A DNA stretch of 63,889 nt, the filler included. It is 3 parts of 3 records of this genome, joined end to end, with 100 filler letters (N's around TTAATTAATTAA, not from the genome) between each part and the next. Parts side by side here need not be neighbours in the genome. Positions count along the whole stretch, not along the records: positions 1 to 31,995 come from SRR31156797_2247; positions 32,096 to 44,513 come from SRR31156797_2253; 1 more part is not named here. One strand, written 5' to 3'. Position numbers and translations under genes: made by a program. Shown in pieces: positions 30,301-38,457 of this stretch. The stretch's first letter is position 1, and each line of letters starts with the position of its first letter. Under the pieces are notes generated by a model. The model saw only the letters and a program-made list of their open reading frames with translations, was not told where the DNA came from and searched no databases.

Positions 30301-31286
30301 GTAGGTGAAGTTCCCAAATGAATTTGTTTAAAATTCCCGGTTTGCCGATTAAATTTAATAATACCATTATTATATGTTCCAATCCATATATTTCCGGACT
30401 GATCTTCAGTAATAGCTCTGACCGTTAAATCATAAACCCGATGGCTTCCTTTTTCGAAATAATTATAGTGTTTGAAAGCCCGTGAGCTAGGTTTATGCTT
30501 GAAAAGACCATTATTTCGGGTTCCTATCCAAATATTTCCAAAGCGATCCTGAAATAAAGTCCTGATCTCAAAGGAGGCATCCATAGGTGGCCTGCTATAT
30601 TGGTGCAACTCTCCATCTTGTTGAATAAACAAACCATTTCGGCGCGTCCCTACCCAAACGGTTCCATCTTTCTCCTTCAAATGACAATACACTTCTACTT
30701 CGGAACCATATTCCTTTGCTAACTCTTTTTGATAGGTGATAATTAGAGGATCATTATAAAAAACATCTTTTCTTACAGAAGGAACAATGCTATCTATTGT
30801 TGCATCCCATTTAAAAAGGTCGTCCCCCATTTTAATAAACAAGGTGTCTTCTAATTCTCCAATATGTTCTAATTCTGCATTAACTACACATTCTTTGTTT
30901 TCAGAACATAAAGGGTAAAAACAAAACTGACCAGTATATGGATTAAAGCTTTCAAGTCCATTTCTTTTATTAGAACCCATCCAGATAAGCCCATTCTTAT
31001 CTTCATATAATTCAATAATTCGGTTGCCCCGAATAAACTTATCTATCTTATTTCGGGGATTACTTTTAAATACTTTAAATGAGTAGCCATCAAAACGGTT
31101 GAGTCCGTCCAAGGTTCCAATCCATAAATAGCCTTGTTTGTCCTGTATAATTGAATTTACCCTGTTATTGGAAAGACCGTTGAGATTATTTAAATGCTCA
31201 AAATACAAATTAGCAAACTGCTGTTGAGACGAAACAGGCAGAATCCATACAAGCATTAAAAACAACCAACAATTCAGTATTTTCAT
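27360..31286 (-). CDS. Hybrid two-component sensor/regulator (HTCS); start revised to MKILN
   Basis: Beta-propeller W.GT repeats, Y_Y_Y domain, TM, FFTNISHEFRTPL, GSGVGL, REC (SDIAMP), AraC HTH (GFNSPSYF). Confidence 0.97.
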   Translation of the reverse strand: MKILNCWLFLMLVWILPVSSQQQFANLYFEHLNNLNGLSNNRVNSIIQDKQGYLWIGTLDGLNRFDGYSFKVFKSNPRNKIDKFIRGNRIIELYEDKNGLIWMGSNKRNGLESFNPYTGQFCFYPLCSENKECVVNAELEHIGELEDTLFIKMGDDLFKWDATIDSIVPSVRKDVFYNDPLIITYQKELAKEYGSEVEVYCHLKEKDGTVWVGTRRNGLFIQQDGELHQYSRPPMDASFEIRTLFQDRFGNIWIGTRNNGLFKHKPSSRAFKHYNYFEKGSHRVYDLTVRAITEDQSGNIWIGTYNNGIIKFNRQTGNFKQIHLGTSPTALDNKIRSLYTDFQNRVWVGSYNGVTLIDGVHISSLPVESQTLSHNKPYSSNKLHGKRIYGISGDVFDNIWMAAWDALTCYNVKTGIYRHYPASFFGVKNIRKVFIDSKNTIWVGCEYGGMIQFNAVNESFERYYPGKSEHNLVCENVFDIYEQNDKQIWIATFNGLDLFTRKNGSFQHFYRNDGLCGNMIYGILEDAHENLWFTTTNGISKYDFAQNKFTNYDVKDGLITNEYAEGGFYKSKISQEFIVGGINGFQIFHPDSIKKNELAPNAVVNSVRIMNKIIESGDQYQINNPYEKNHSLQAALTLSPQDKIVTFEFSALHFSTPEKNIYRYKLNGFDKEWMYTNALKRSATYTNLWPGEYIFEVQGANSDHVWSEQSYCLKLKVLPPYWLSWWAFVGYVLVVILLLLIYRHYTLKKAALKNALVLEKIKVEKAEQLNLAKMNFFTNISHEFRTPLSLIMAPLEKIMDAPLNTPIKDFYQQFKIIGNNARKLLDLSNQVLELRKLESGKQQLRLTQLDVISFVKKVVNQFQNEAIQKNIQLISDFEDDEINVVLDVQMFERMLYNLLSNAFKFTHKSLGYVMVKISKGGYYPESEYSFTIGEQVSEPHFEVSVEDNGIGIDPELIHKIFKRFYRVDNPRTAGIYGSGVGLSLLKELVLLHKGQILVRSHDRKGSLFTLRFPIQQEGQIIDVLPENGENKKSSVPLVLNHEPVDVENNEISGGKKILLLDDNKELLAYIKGIFESHYDVFTASDGKTGVELVFAKKPDIVISDIAMPGMTGIELCKRLKNDLRTCHIPIILLTARSSDEFKLESYKALVDEYIEKPFNVRMLVESVKRLIKSREKLRESFVDGKLIDPEEPIPVMDPIDSEFINRLNDFVDKNLSNVSLNVESLSSGLGISRSSLHNKIKTFSGQSASEYIRSRRIQHATTLLNQRKYSVLEIAYQSGFNSPSYFIKCFKNKYGITPKEFMEQQMTV

Positions 31287-31496
31287 CTTTCTTTGGGGCA
31301 TTGAAATGCAAACACAAGTCTTGTTTGCAAATCGTTTTATCGTCAAATTCCAATCTTTTTATTAAAAAAGAAAACCAATTAAGACGATAATTTTAAGCCT
31401 ACAAATAGAGTAAGTTTACATGATTTGAATACTGTGTAAAGATTAACTATGCGTTAAGAATGTAATAGACTAATCTGATATTGAATGGAAACTGGT

Positions 31497-31968
31497 TTAA
31501 TTATATACTGACTTTACCATTTGTTTATTCTGACGTATAGCCGGTAGAATATACTTTTTAAGTAATTTAAAATGATAGGAATTCATTGCATAATTTCCTC
31601 CCGTTGTTACCAATACCATATCTATTTCAGGAAATACCATAATGGTTTGTCCTCCCCATCCATTTGCCCTGTACATAAGCATATCTTTTCCGTTGAGTGG
31701 TAACTGGCTAACCCACCAACCATAGGCATAACCATTTTTTCCGGAGTCTTCTATTGGAATATTGATATCTTTATTTTTACTGTAAATTAAATAGCTCTTT
31801 TTAATCCAATCTTCGGGAATAAGCTGTACACCATTCCATTTGCCATTGTTTAGATACGTAATCCCTAACTTTAACATATCTCGCGGAGTTATTTCCAGTG
31901 ACCCATCTGTCGCAATCACGCCATTTTTATTGTAATACCAATAAGTAGAGTCGATGCCCATTGGTTTA
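31497..31968 (-). pseudogene. C-terminal fragment of a serine hydrolase (beta-lactamase class C family)
   Basis: ITPRDMLKLG..YLNNGKWNG.QLIP..W, YAYGWW, ANGWGGQ; in-frame stops just upstream of KPMGI, so the SxxK half is missing. Confidence 0.7.
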
Positions 31969-31995
31969 ACCCGTAATATGCATTAGAAAATCTAT

Positions 31996-32095
31996 NNNNN
32001 NNNNNNNNNNNNNNNNNNNNNNNNNNNNNNNNNNNNNNNTTAATTAATTAANNNNNNNNNNNNNNNNNNNNNNNNNNNNNNNNNNNNNNNNNNNN
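31996..32095. other. Artificial contig linker
   Basis: N-run, TTAATTAATTAA (stops in all six frames), N-run. Confidence 0.98.
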
Positions 32096-32125
32096 CAGCG
32101 CGTCTACCAATTCCGCCACCTGGGC
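32096..32125 (-). tRNA. tRNA-Leu, 5' fragment truncated by the contig end
   Basis: Reverse complement GCCCAGGTGGCGGAATTGGTAGACGCGCTG; promoter TATATTTG at 32151-32158. Anticodon not visible. Confidence 0.85.
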
Positions 32126-32258
32126 GTGGCTGCTAACTTTTTAGCGGATGCAAATATATACAAAACAAAAATAACTACAAACCATAATTTGAATAATTTT
32201 TGAGAGTGTGTAAGGCTTTCTCTAAAAGTTTTATCTTCACCATGATTTTAGCAAAGAT

Positions 32259-32918
32259 ATGAAGCAAAAAGCGTATTTATTTTTTCTTACAGTGTTATTT
32301 ATTACCCAGCAATCTTATGCTCAGGAAGGATTGTTTTTAGGAGGTGGATTATCTGCTCATTTACCAAGTGATGGATTTAAACCTGATAATTTTGGTTTTA
32401 ATGATGTTGCCAATGTTGGAGGAGGCGCTTCCATTGGGACACTATGGTTTTTTAATCCTATTCTTTCGTTGGGATCAGAGTTCGGTTATTCCTATTTTCC
32501 AAAAGATAAAACAACCTGGAATCAAGAGCAAAGAGGCGAGATTAATGTCAATTACCAATCCTTTAACTTATCGGCACAAGGAAATTTTTATTTAAGCGAG
32601 GAGGAGGTAAGGCCCTATTTGGGAGTTTCGTTTGGGCTGTATTATCTGCGTAATATGCTTAATTTTGATTCAAATTATGTAGGCTCGACTAACGATGCTT
32701 CGGTCAGTTATATCAGTAAGACCTTTCATGCTGGATTCGGACCAGAAATAGGGGTGTTGTTTGAAACAGGAAAGAAAGAAATGCTGATGCTAAGTACCAG
32801 ATATACGATAATTCCAAATATTACAGCTGAATATCATCCGGAGGATCAGGTTACTACTAATCCTCACGGAAAACAAAATCATTGGAGTATTTCGCTTAAA
32901 TATTTTTGGGGTAAATAA
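32259..32918 (+). CDS. Outer-membrane beta-barrel protein
   Basis: Signal peptide, amphipathic strands (VRPYLGVSFGLY), terminal SISLKYFW. Confidence 0.75.
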   Translation: MKQKAYLFFLTVLFITQQSYAQEGLFLGGGLSAHLPSDGFKPDNFGFNDVANVGGGASIGTLWFFNPILSLGSEFGYSYFPKDKTTWNQEQRGEINVNYQSFNLSAQGNFYLSEEEVRPYLGVSFGLYYLRNMLNFDSNYVGSTNDASVSYISKTFHAGFGPEIGVLFETGKKEMLMLSTRYTIIPNITAEYHPEDQVTTNPHGKQNHWSISLKYFWGK

Positions 32919-32923
32919 TTCGA

Positions 32924-33538
32924 CTAAAACAATCCATTTACGTGCGTATCCACTTTATCGATAATGCTGCTTAAGTCCGTTTTATTTTTAATAAAATTAT
33001 ACTCGTCAACATTAACAATCAGTAGTTTTCCTTGCGTATACTGTTCAACCCAGGCTTCGTATCTTTCGTTCAGTCGTTTTAGGTAGTCAAGACGAATATT
33101 GTTTTCGTAATCGCGACCACGCATTTGAATTTGCTCAACCAATTTCGGAACGGAAGCTCGTAAATAAATTAATAAATCAGGAGCTTGAATAAGGCTACTC
33201 ATTAATTCAAAAAGTGAGGCATAATTATCAAAGTCCCTTTTACTCATTAAGCCCATATCGTATAGGTTGGGAGCAAAAATATAGGCATCCTCATAAATAG
33301 TTCTATCCTGAATTACGTTTTTACCCAGTTTACGAATTTCGTTGACCTGAGAAAACCTGCTGTTTAGGAAGTAAATTTGCAGGTTAAATGCCCAACGCTG
33401 CATGTCTTCGTAAAAATCGGCCAAATAAGGATTGTCATCTACCTCTTCGTAATGGGCGTCCCATCCGTAGTGTTTAGATAATAAGGTGGTTAAAGTGGTC
33501 TTTCCAGATCCAATATTTCCGGCTATGGCAATATGCAT
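32924..33538 (-). CDS. Deoxynucleoside kinase
   Basis: IAIAGNIGSGKTT, QDRTIYED, RGRDYE. Confidence 0.95.
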   Translation of the reverse strand: MHIAIAGNIGSGKTTLTTLLSKHYGWDAHYEEVDDNPYLADFYEDMQRWAFNLQIYFLNSRFSQVNEIRKLGKNVIQDRTIYEDAYIFAPNLYDMGLMSKRDFDNYASLFELMSSLIQAPDLLIYLRASVPKLVEQIQMRGRDYENNIRLDYLKRLNERYEAWVEQYTQGKLLIVNVDEYNFIKNKTDLSSIIDKVDTHVNGLF

Positions 33539-33602
33539 TTTTTGTTGATGTATTTGAGTTTAAAACAGACGCAAAAGTATAAAAATGGAAGAATAAGAAT
33601 AT

Positions 33603-35138
33603 TTAATTTTGCTTATCCTCGTCTGTTTTTTGATTAATGATTAAAAGCTCTTCAATTAAGTCTCTGTTGTTGCTTAACCTCGGCACTTTATTTTGACCAC
33701 CTAACTTGTTATGCTTTTTCAGCCAGTCGAAAAACAGGTTTTTACGAGCTATTTCAATTACAGGTGCTTCAAGGGTAATATTCTTGTATCTTTTGGCTTC
33801 GTAATCTGAGTTTAAAGTCTGCAATTGCAAATCTAGTTCATTGGTAAAATGATCTATATTATCAGGCATTTTTTCGAACTCAATAACCCATTGGTGACGA
33901 CCCTTAGCCTCTGTACTCATATACATTGGAGCAGCGGTATAATCTTTTATAACGGCGTCGGTTTTTGAGCAGGCAATCTCAATGGCTTTATTTGAATTAT
34001 CAACAATCAGTTCTTCGCCAAAAGCATTGATAAAATGCTTTGTTCTTCCGGTAATTAATATTTTATGAGGATTTTTAGAAGTAAACTTTACAGTATCGCC
34101 AACTACATACCTCCATAATCCACCATTGGTTGAAATCACAATAGCGTAGTTTGTATTTAATTCAACCTCGTCAATTGTTAGCGCTTTAGGATAGTCTTTG
34201 CCCCATTCATCCATCGGAATAAACTCATAGAAAATACCATAATCTAACATCAACAACATCGAAGAAGAAGAGGGATCGTCTTGTATGGCAAAGAAACCTT
34301 CACTGGCATTATAAGTTTCCATATAATGCATTTTATCAGAAGGAATTAATTTTTTGTATTGTTCGCGATAAGGACCAAAATTAATGCCGCCATGAATAAA
34401 TAATTCCAGATTAGGCCAAATTTCCAACAGATTGCTTTTGCCGGAATATTCAAGCATATACTTAATTAATACCATAAACCAGGAAGGAACACCAGTTAAA
34501 GAAGTTACATTTTCATGAATAGTAGCTTCTGTCATTTTTACCAGTTTCTCTTCCCATTTGTCCAATAAGGCAATAGATTGATCCGGAGTTCGGATAAAGT
34601 TTACCCAGAATGGCAGGTTTCCAATTAAGATGGCAGATAGATCACCGTAAAAGGAATCGCGATTGTATTTGTTAAGTTGCTGACTTCCTCCTAAGGTTAG
34701 GCCTTTGCCCGAAAATAATTCGGTTTCAGGATACAAGTGATTGTATATGGCCAGTACATCTTTACCTCCTCTAAAATGGCAATCTTCTAAAGATTCTTTA
34801 GAAACGGGTATAAATTTACTTTTGGAAGATGTGGTTCCGGATGATTTAGCAAACCATTTGGTTTCGCCAGGCCAAAGTACATTTCTGTCACCGTGCCTGA
34901 TTTTATTAATGACCGTTTCCATTTGTTCATATTTTTGAACAGGAACACGCTCTTGAAAATCTTTAATGGTTTTTATCGAAGCGAAATCATAGTACTTACC
35001 GATTTCCGTGTTTTTGGCAGTTTTTATAAGGTGAAAGATTTGCTCTTGTTGAACCTCTTCGGGGTTCGTTTTGAAATGTTCTATTTGTGATAGCCTTCTA
35101 ATATTAACAAGAGATATAATCGAATTTAGAATTGGCAT
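33603..35138 (-). CDS. GH3 auxin-responsive-family acyl-adenylate protein
   Basis: KSSGTT, YNASEGFF, GLWRY..GD, GGQNKVPRL. Confidence 0.93.
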   Translation of the reverse strand: MPILNSIISLVNIRRLSQIEHFKTNPEEVQQEQIFHLIKTAKNTEIGKYYDFASIKTIKDFQERVPVQKYEQMETVINKIRHGDRNVLWPGETKWFAKSSGTTSSKSKFIPVSKESLEDCHFRGGKDVLAIYNHLYPETELFSGKGLTLGGSQQLNKYNRDSFYGDLSAILIGNLPFWVNFIRTPDQSIALLDKWEEKLVKMTEATIHENVTSLTGVPSWFMVLIKYMLEYSGKSNLLEIWPNLELFIHGGINFGPYREQYKKLIPSDKMHYMETYNASEGFFAIQDDPSSSSMLLMLDYGIFYEFIPMDEWGKDYPKALTIDEVELNTNYAIVISTNGGLWRYVVGDTVKFTSKNPHKILITGRTKHFINAFGEELIVDNSNKAIEIACSKTDAVIKDYTAAPMYMSTEAKGRHQWVIEFEKMPDNIDHFTNELDLQLQTLNSDYEAKRYKNITLEAPVIEIARKNLFFDWLKKHNKLGGQNKVPRLSNNRDLIEELLIINQKTDEDKQN

Positions 35139-35251
35139 AAAGTTTTATTTTAGCCTTAAATATAAATATTTTCCCGAATAAATACGGTGACTAAATGTGG
35201 AATAATTCAGCGTTGTTTTACTATTTTAGTCGCATTAAAAGGAGGTGTTTC

Positions 35252-35776
35252 ATGAACTATTTCGATATTGTTGTAGGTATTTTATTAATTGTGGCCATTG
35301 TTAAAGGTTTTAAGAATGGATTAATCATAGAATTTGCCTCTTTGGCGGCCTTAATTCTAGGAGTTATTGGAACCATCCGTTTTTCGAGTTTTACCGAATC
35401 ATGGTTATTGGAGCACTTTTCCAGTCAATATATTGGTCTCATTTCGTTTTTGGTCACTTTTGTAGTGATCGTTATTGGAGTGCATTTAATTGCGAAGATG
35501 GTGGACAAGCTTGTGAAAGCAATTGCGCTTGGAATGATAAATCGAATACTGGGCGCCGTTTTTTCTTTGGCAAAATATGGCTTTATTCTAAGTATTTTAT
35601 TGGCTGTATTTACCTCTTTCGACAAAACTTTTAATTTAATTCCTGAAGAAACCAGAGAAAGTTCCATCTTATATCAGCCACTTAGTGAGTTGGCACCTAA
35701 AATTTTTCCGTATCTAAACTTTGATAAAGACGAAATAAAAGATAAGGTGGGAGAAGCTGCAGGTATTACTGCCTAA
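35252..35776 (+). CDS. cvpA: CvpA family membrane protein; start revised to MNYFD
   Basis: KGFKNGLI.E, INRILGAVF, ESSILY; AAGGAGG upstream of the ATG. Confidence 0.88.
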   Translation: MNYFDIVVGILLIVAIVKGFKNGLIIEFASLAALILGVIGTIRFSSFTESWLLEHFSSQYIGLISFLVTFVVIVIGVHLIAKMVDKLVKAIALGMINRILGAVFSLAKYGFILSILLAVFTSFDKTFNLIPEETRESSILYQPLSELAPKIFPYLNFDKDEIKDKVGEAAGITA

Positions 35777-35789
35777 TTTTATTATAACC

Positions 35790-35814
35790 AAAAAGCCTCG
35801 CTAAAAAGCGAGGC
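35790..35814 (-). terminator. Cold-shock gene terminator
   Basis: GCCTCGCT/AGCGAGGC stem with an A-run on its left. Confidence 0.6.
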
Positions 35815-35862
35815 CTGGATATGTGCGTTTATATTGATAGTTCAATTATCGTCTATTGTCAA

Positions 35863-36054
35863 TTATGCCAATTTAACATTTACCGCATTTAATCCTTTTT
35901 TACCTTCTTTTAATTCAAAGGTAACTTCGTCGTCTTCCTTGATTTGATCAATAAGACCGGTTACATGTACAAAATACTCGTTGTTTGATTCACTGTCTTT
36001 AATAAACCCAAATCCTTTTGATTCATTAAAGAATTTTACTTTTCCTTCTTTCAT
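35863..36054 (-). CDS. Cold-shock protein
   Basis: GKVKFFNESKGFGFI (RNP1), YFVH (RNP2); promoter TACCTTTG at 36084-36091. Confidence 0.96.
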   Translation of the reverse strand: MKEGKVKFFNESKGFGFIKDSESNNEYFVHVTGLIDQIKEDDEVTFELKEGKKGLNAVNVKLA

Positions 36055-36275
36055 AATAATATTAAAATAAAAACTAATTATACCAAAGGTATGATTAAAA
36101 ACAATATATCAACCCCAAAATCAAAAAAAAAACAAATTATTAACATTTATGAAAAGCAATATGAGGTATATGTCAGATAAACAGTGCTTAAGCTTATCGC
36201 AAATGTATTGTCCTATCGTCTATCATCACCAATACTGTTAAGTACGATATAACTGAAAAAACTTGTTCTGGTACT

Positions 36276-36291
36276 TGGTACAGATCTTGAT
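36276..36291 (+). promoter_or_regulatory. Probable sigma54 (-24/-12) promoter
   Basis: TGGTAC-N5-TTGAT against consensus TGGCAC-N5-TTGCW. Confidence 0.5.
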
Positions 36292-36431
36292 TTATATTAG
36301 TTAATGGCAAGGCAAAAAGAGGTACAATGTACGTGTTTTAAGGGATGCATAAAGATACCTAAGCCTACCAAACGGTAAGATACCTGTTTAAATATTACAA
36401 TAATGTAGGACTATTTAGAAAAGGAGGGTTT

Positions 36432-36674
36432 ATGTCAATACAAAATGCAAAAAAATTTATTGAGCGCGTACAAACCGATACTGCGTTTAGAAAAGAAATG
36501 TACAAGGTGAAAGGCTTTGAGGGGTTTAATGAATTTATTAGAGAAAAAGAATTGCCATTTACTGATGCTGATTTTGAAGAGGCACATAGTATGATGATGT
36601 TCAAGTGTCAGTTTGCTGAGGAACATGACGAACTGGAAAATACCGTAAACCTAATTAAACTGACTGTGATGTAA
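36432..36674 (+). CDS. Nif11-like domain protein
   Basis: MSIQNAKKFIERVQTDTAFRKE...LPFTDADF follows the Nif11 leader pattern; strong SD AAGGAGGG. Confidence 0.75.
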   Translation: MSIQNAKKFIERVQTDTAFRKEMYKVKGFEGFNEFIREKELPFTDADFEEAHSMMMFKCQFAEEHDELENTVNLIKLTVM

Positions 36675-36724
36675 GCACAGCTAATTAAGAAAAACAATAG
36701 TATTAACTTTTAAATATTTATGCC

Positions 36725-37039
36725 ATGAGTATGCCGTACAGACCTTTAGGATATGTAATGGAAATTTTGGAATCAGTAGGATTACCAGTTTCTTATAGTT
36801 ATGATGATTTGGTTTTTGTAGAGAATAATTCTCTGCTTGTAAAGTTTAATGATGAAGATACAAAGCAATTATACTTGTATTTTAATAAGGATTTAGATCC
36901 AAATGTTGCCAGTCAATTAGAGCCGGTTTTAATGGAAGCAGCTTACGATAAAGGTTACACTTTCATTAATTCAGGAACCTATTCGGTTAAACAAAAAGAT
37001 GAAGCTAAAGAAGAATTAGAATTAGTATTTCTGAATTAG
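36725..37039 (+). CDS. Hypothetical protein co-transcribed with the Nif11-like gene
   Basis: 104-aa ORF (RPLG.VMEILE, VSYSYDDLVFVE); shares the terminator at 37077. Confidence 0.75.
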   Translation: MSMPYRPLGYVMEILESVGLPVSYSYDDLVFVENNSLLVKFNDEDTKQLYLYFNKDLDPNVASQLEPVLMEAAYDKGYTFINSGTYSVKQKDEAKEELELVFLN

Positions 37040-37076
37040 TTCATAATAAGTTAAGTTCACAAATTTGCCATGATAT

Positions 37077-37111
37077 AAATCCGGTTGGAGAATGCTCTAA
37101 CCGGATTTTTT
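37077..37111. terminator. Bidirectional terminator
   Basis: AAATCCGGTTGGAG/CTCTAACCGGATTT followed by a T-run. Confidence 0.75.
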
Positions 37112-37113
37112 GT

Positions 37114-38454
37114 CTAAAAACGTTTGTCGGCCAATCCAATTCCATTGATCTTTCGAAATAAGTCCAATGCATAAACATCAGTCATACCACTAATGTAGTC
37201 CAGTACGCTTTGAAGTTTTTCATAAGCACCAGCATCTTTATCTACACGATACTGCTCAGGAATAAAGGGTAATAGCATTTCGGAGTATTTATCTTCCGGG
37301 TTTAGTACCGCCTTTGAAAACTCATGCAACAAAGAACCTAAGATTTTAAAGCCGGAAATTTCAATTTCTACAACAGATGGATGGCGATAAATCTGAGTAA
37401 AGGAAATTTTGCCGCAATTTTCAGCAGCTTGTTTTGTTTTTCCTTCCAAATGTTTAATTAAGCTTCCACTAAAATTTCCATTCATGATAGCATCATAGTT
37501 ATCTTTAAATACCAGCGTACATTTACCAACTAGTTTTCCAATAACCGAAGCTCTGATAAATGCAATTTGTTCGTTGATATCCGTTACTTCTTTGCTTACT
37601 TCTTCAATACGTCTACGAGTAGCTTGATCTTCTTCATCCATCAGATAGGCCATCAATATGGCTTTGGTTTGGTGCGTATCCAGAATTTTGAGCTTATGTG
37701 CGTCTTCTACATCCATTACCTGATAACAAATATCATCAGCAGCTTCTACCAGATAAACTAATGGATGTCGTGCGTATATCCCAGGTTCTTTCTCAATTAG
37801 ACCCAGTTCTTTAACTACACGTTCAAACATTTCTTTTTCTGATTGAAAATAACCGTACTTTTTTAGCTTATCATTTCCGGAAGCATATGGGTATTTTAAA
37901 ATGGAGGCAACCGAAGAATAGGTTAATGAAAAACCACCTTTTCTACGTCCTTTAAACTGATGGGTTAACAAACGAAAGGCATTGGCATTACCTTCAAATT
38001 CAATCAGGTCGTTCCATTCTGCATCCGTAATCTGATGTTTTTCTTTTAGATGCAGTCCATCACCTTTTTTAAAATAATGGGAAAGAGCTGATTCCCCTGA
38101 ATGACCAAAAGGAGGATTTCCCATATCGTGCGCCAAACAGGCCGTGGCAACGATGGAACCAATCTCGTTTACCAAATCGTTTTGTATTCCTTTTTCTTCT
38201 AAAAGAAACTCTGCAATATTGTGCCCCAACGATCGTCCAACACTGGCTACCTCTAAACTATGTGTAAGTCTGTTGTGTACAAAAACACTTCCCGGTAAAG
38301 GAAAAACCTGCGTTTTATCTTGTAATCTCCTGAAAGGAGATGAAAATATCAAACGATCATAATCTCGCTGAAACTGGGTTCTTTGATGCTTTATAGGATT
38401 GGCACGATCTTCCTGACCTGTTCTGGTTGTTGATAAAAGTTGATTCCAATTCAT
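37114..38454 (-). CDS. dgt: dGTP triphosphohydrolase (HD family)
   Basis: FRRLQDKTQVF, HNRLTHSLEV, LAHDMGNPPFGH, EAADD, DYISGMTD. Confidence 0.95.
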   Translation of the reverse strand: MNWNQLLSTTRTGQEDRANPIKHQRTQFQRDYDRLIFSSPFRRLQDKTQVFPLPGSVFVHNRLTHSLEVASVGRSLGHNIAEFLLEEKGIQNDLVNEIGSIVATACLAHDMGNPPFGHSGESALSHYFKKGDGLHLKEKHQITDAEWNDLIEFEGNANAFRLLTHQFKGRRKGGFSLTYSSVASILKYPYASGNDKLKKYGYFQSEKEMFERVVKELGLIEKEPGIYARHPLVYLVEAADDICYQVMDVEDAHKLKILDTHQTKAILMAYLMDEEDQATRRRIEEVSKEVTDINEQIAFIRASVIGKLVGKCTLVFKDNYDAIMNGNFSGSLIKHLEGKTKQAAENCGKISFTQIYRHPSVVEIEISGFKILGSLLHEFSKAVLNPEDKYSEMLLPFIPEQYRVDKDAGAYEKLQSVLDYISGMTDVYALDLFRKINGIGLADKRF

Positions 38455-38457
38455 TTT

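Noticed and set aside
31996-32095. TTAATTAATTAA palindrome in N-runs (also at 44514-44613)
   Set aside because: Artificial six-frame-stop linker, not biological
32096-32125. tRNA fragments as att sites of integrated elements (also at 44614-44639)
   Set aside because: They are 5' halves with their own promoters, cut by contig ends; no integrase is visible
36150-36270. NifA upstream activator site
   Set aside because: No exact TGT-N10-ACA found; only a one-mismatch candidate
36432-36674. RiPP biosynthetic cluster
   Set aside because: No GG motif or core peptide, and no LanM, YcaO, rSAM or C39 transporter nearby
37114-38454. Anti-phage dGTPase
   Set aside because: Ordinary housekeeping context with no defence genes around
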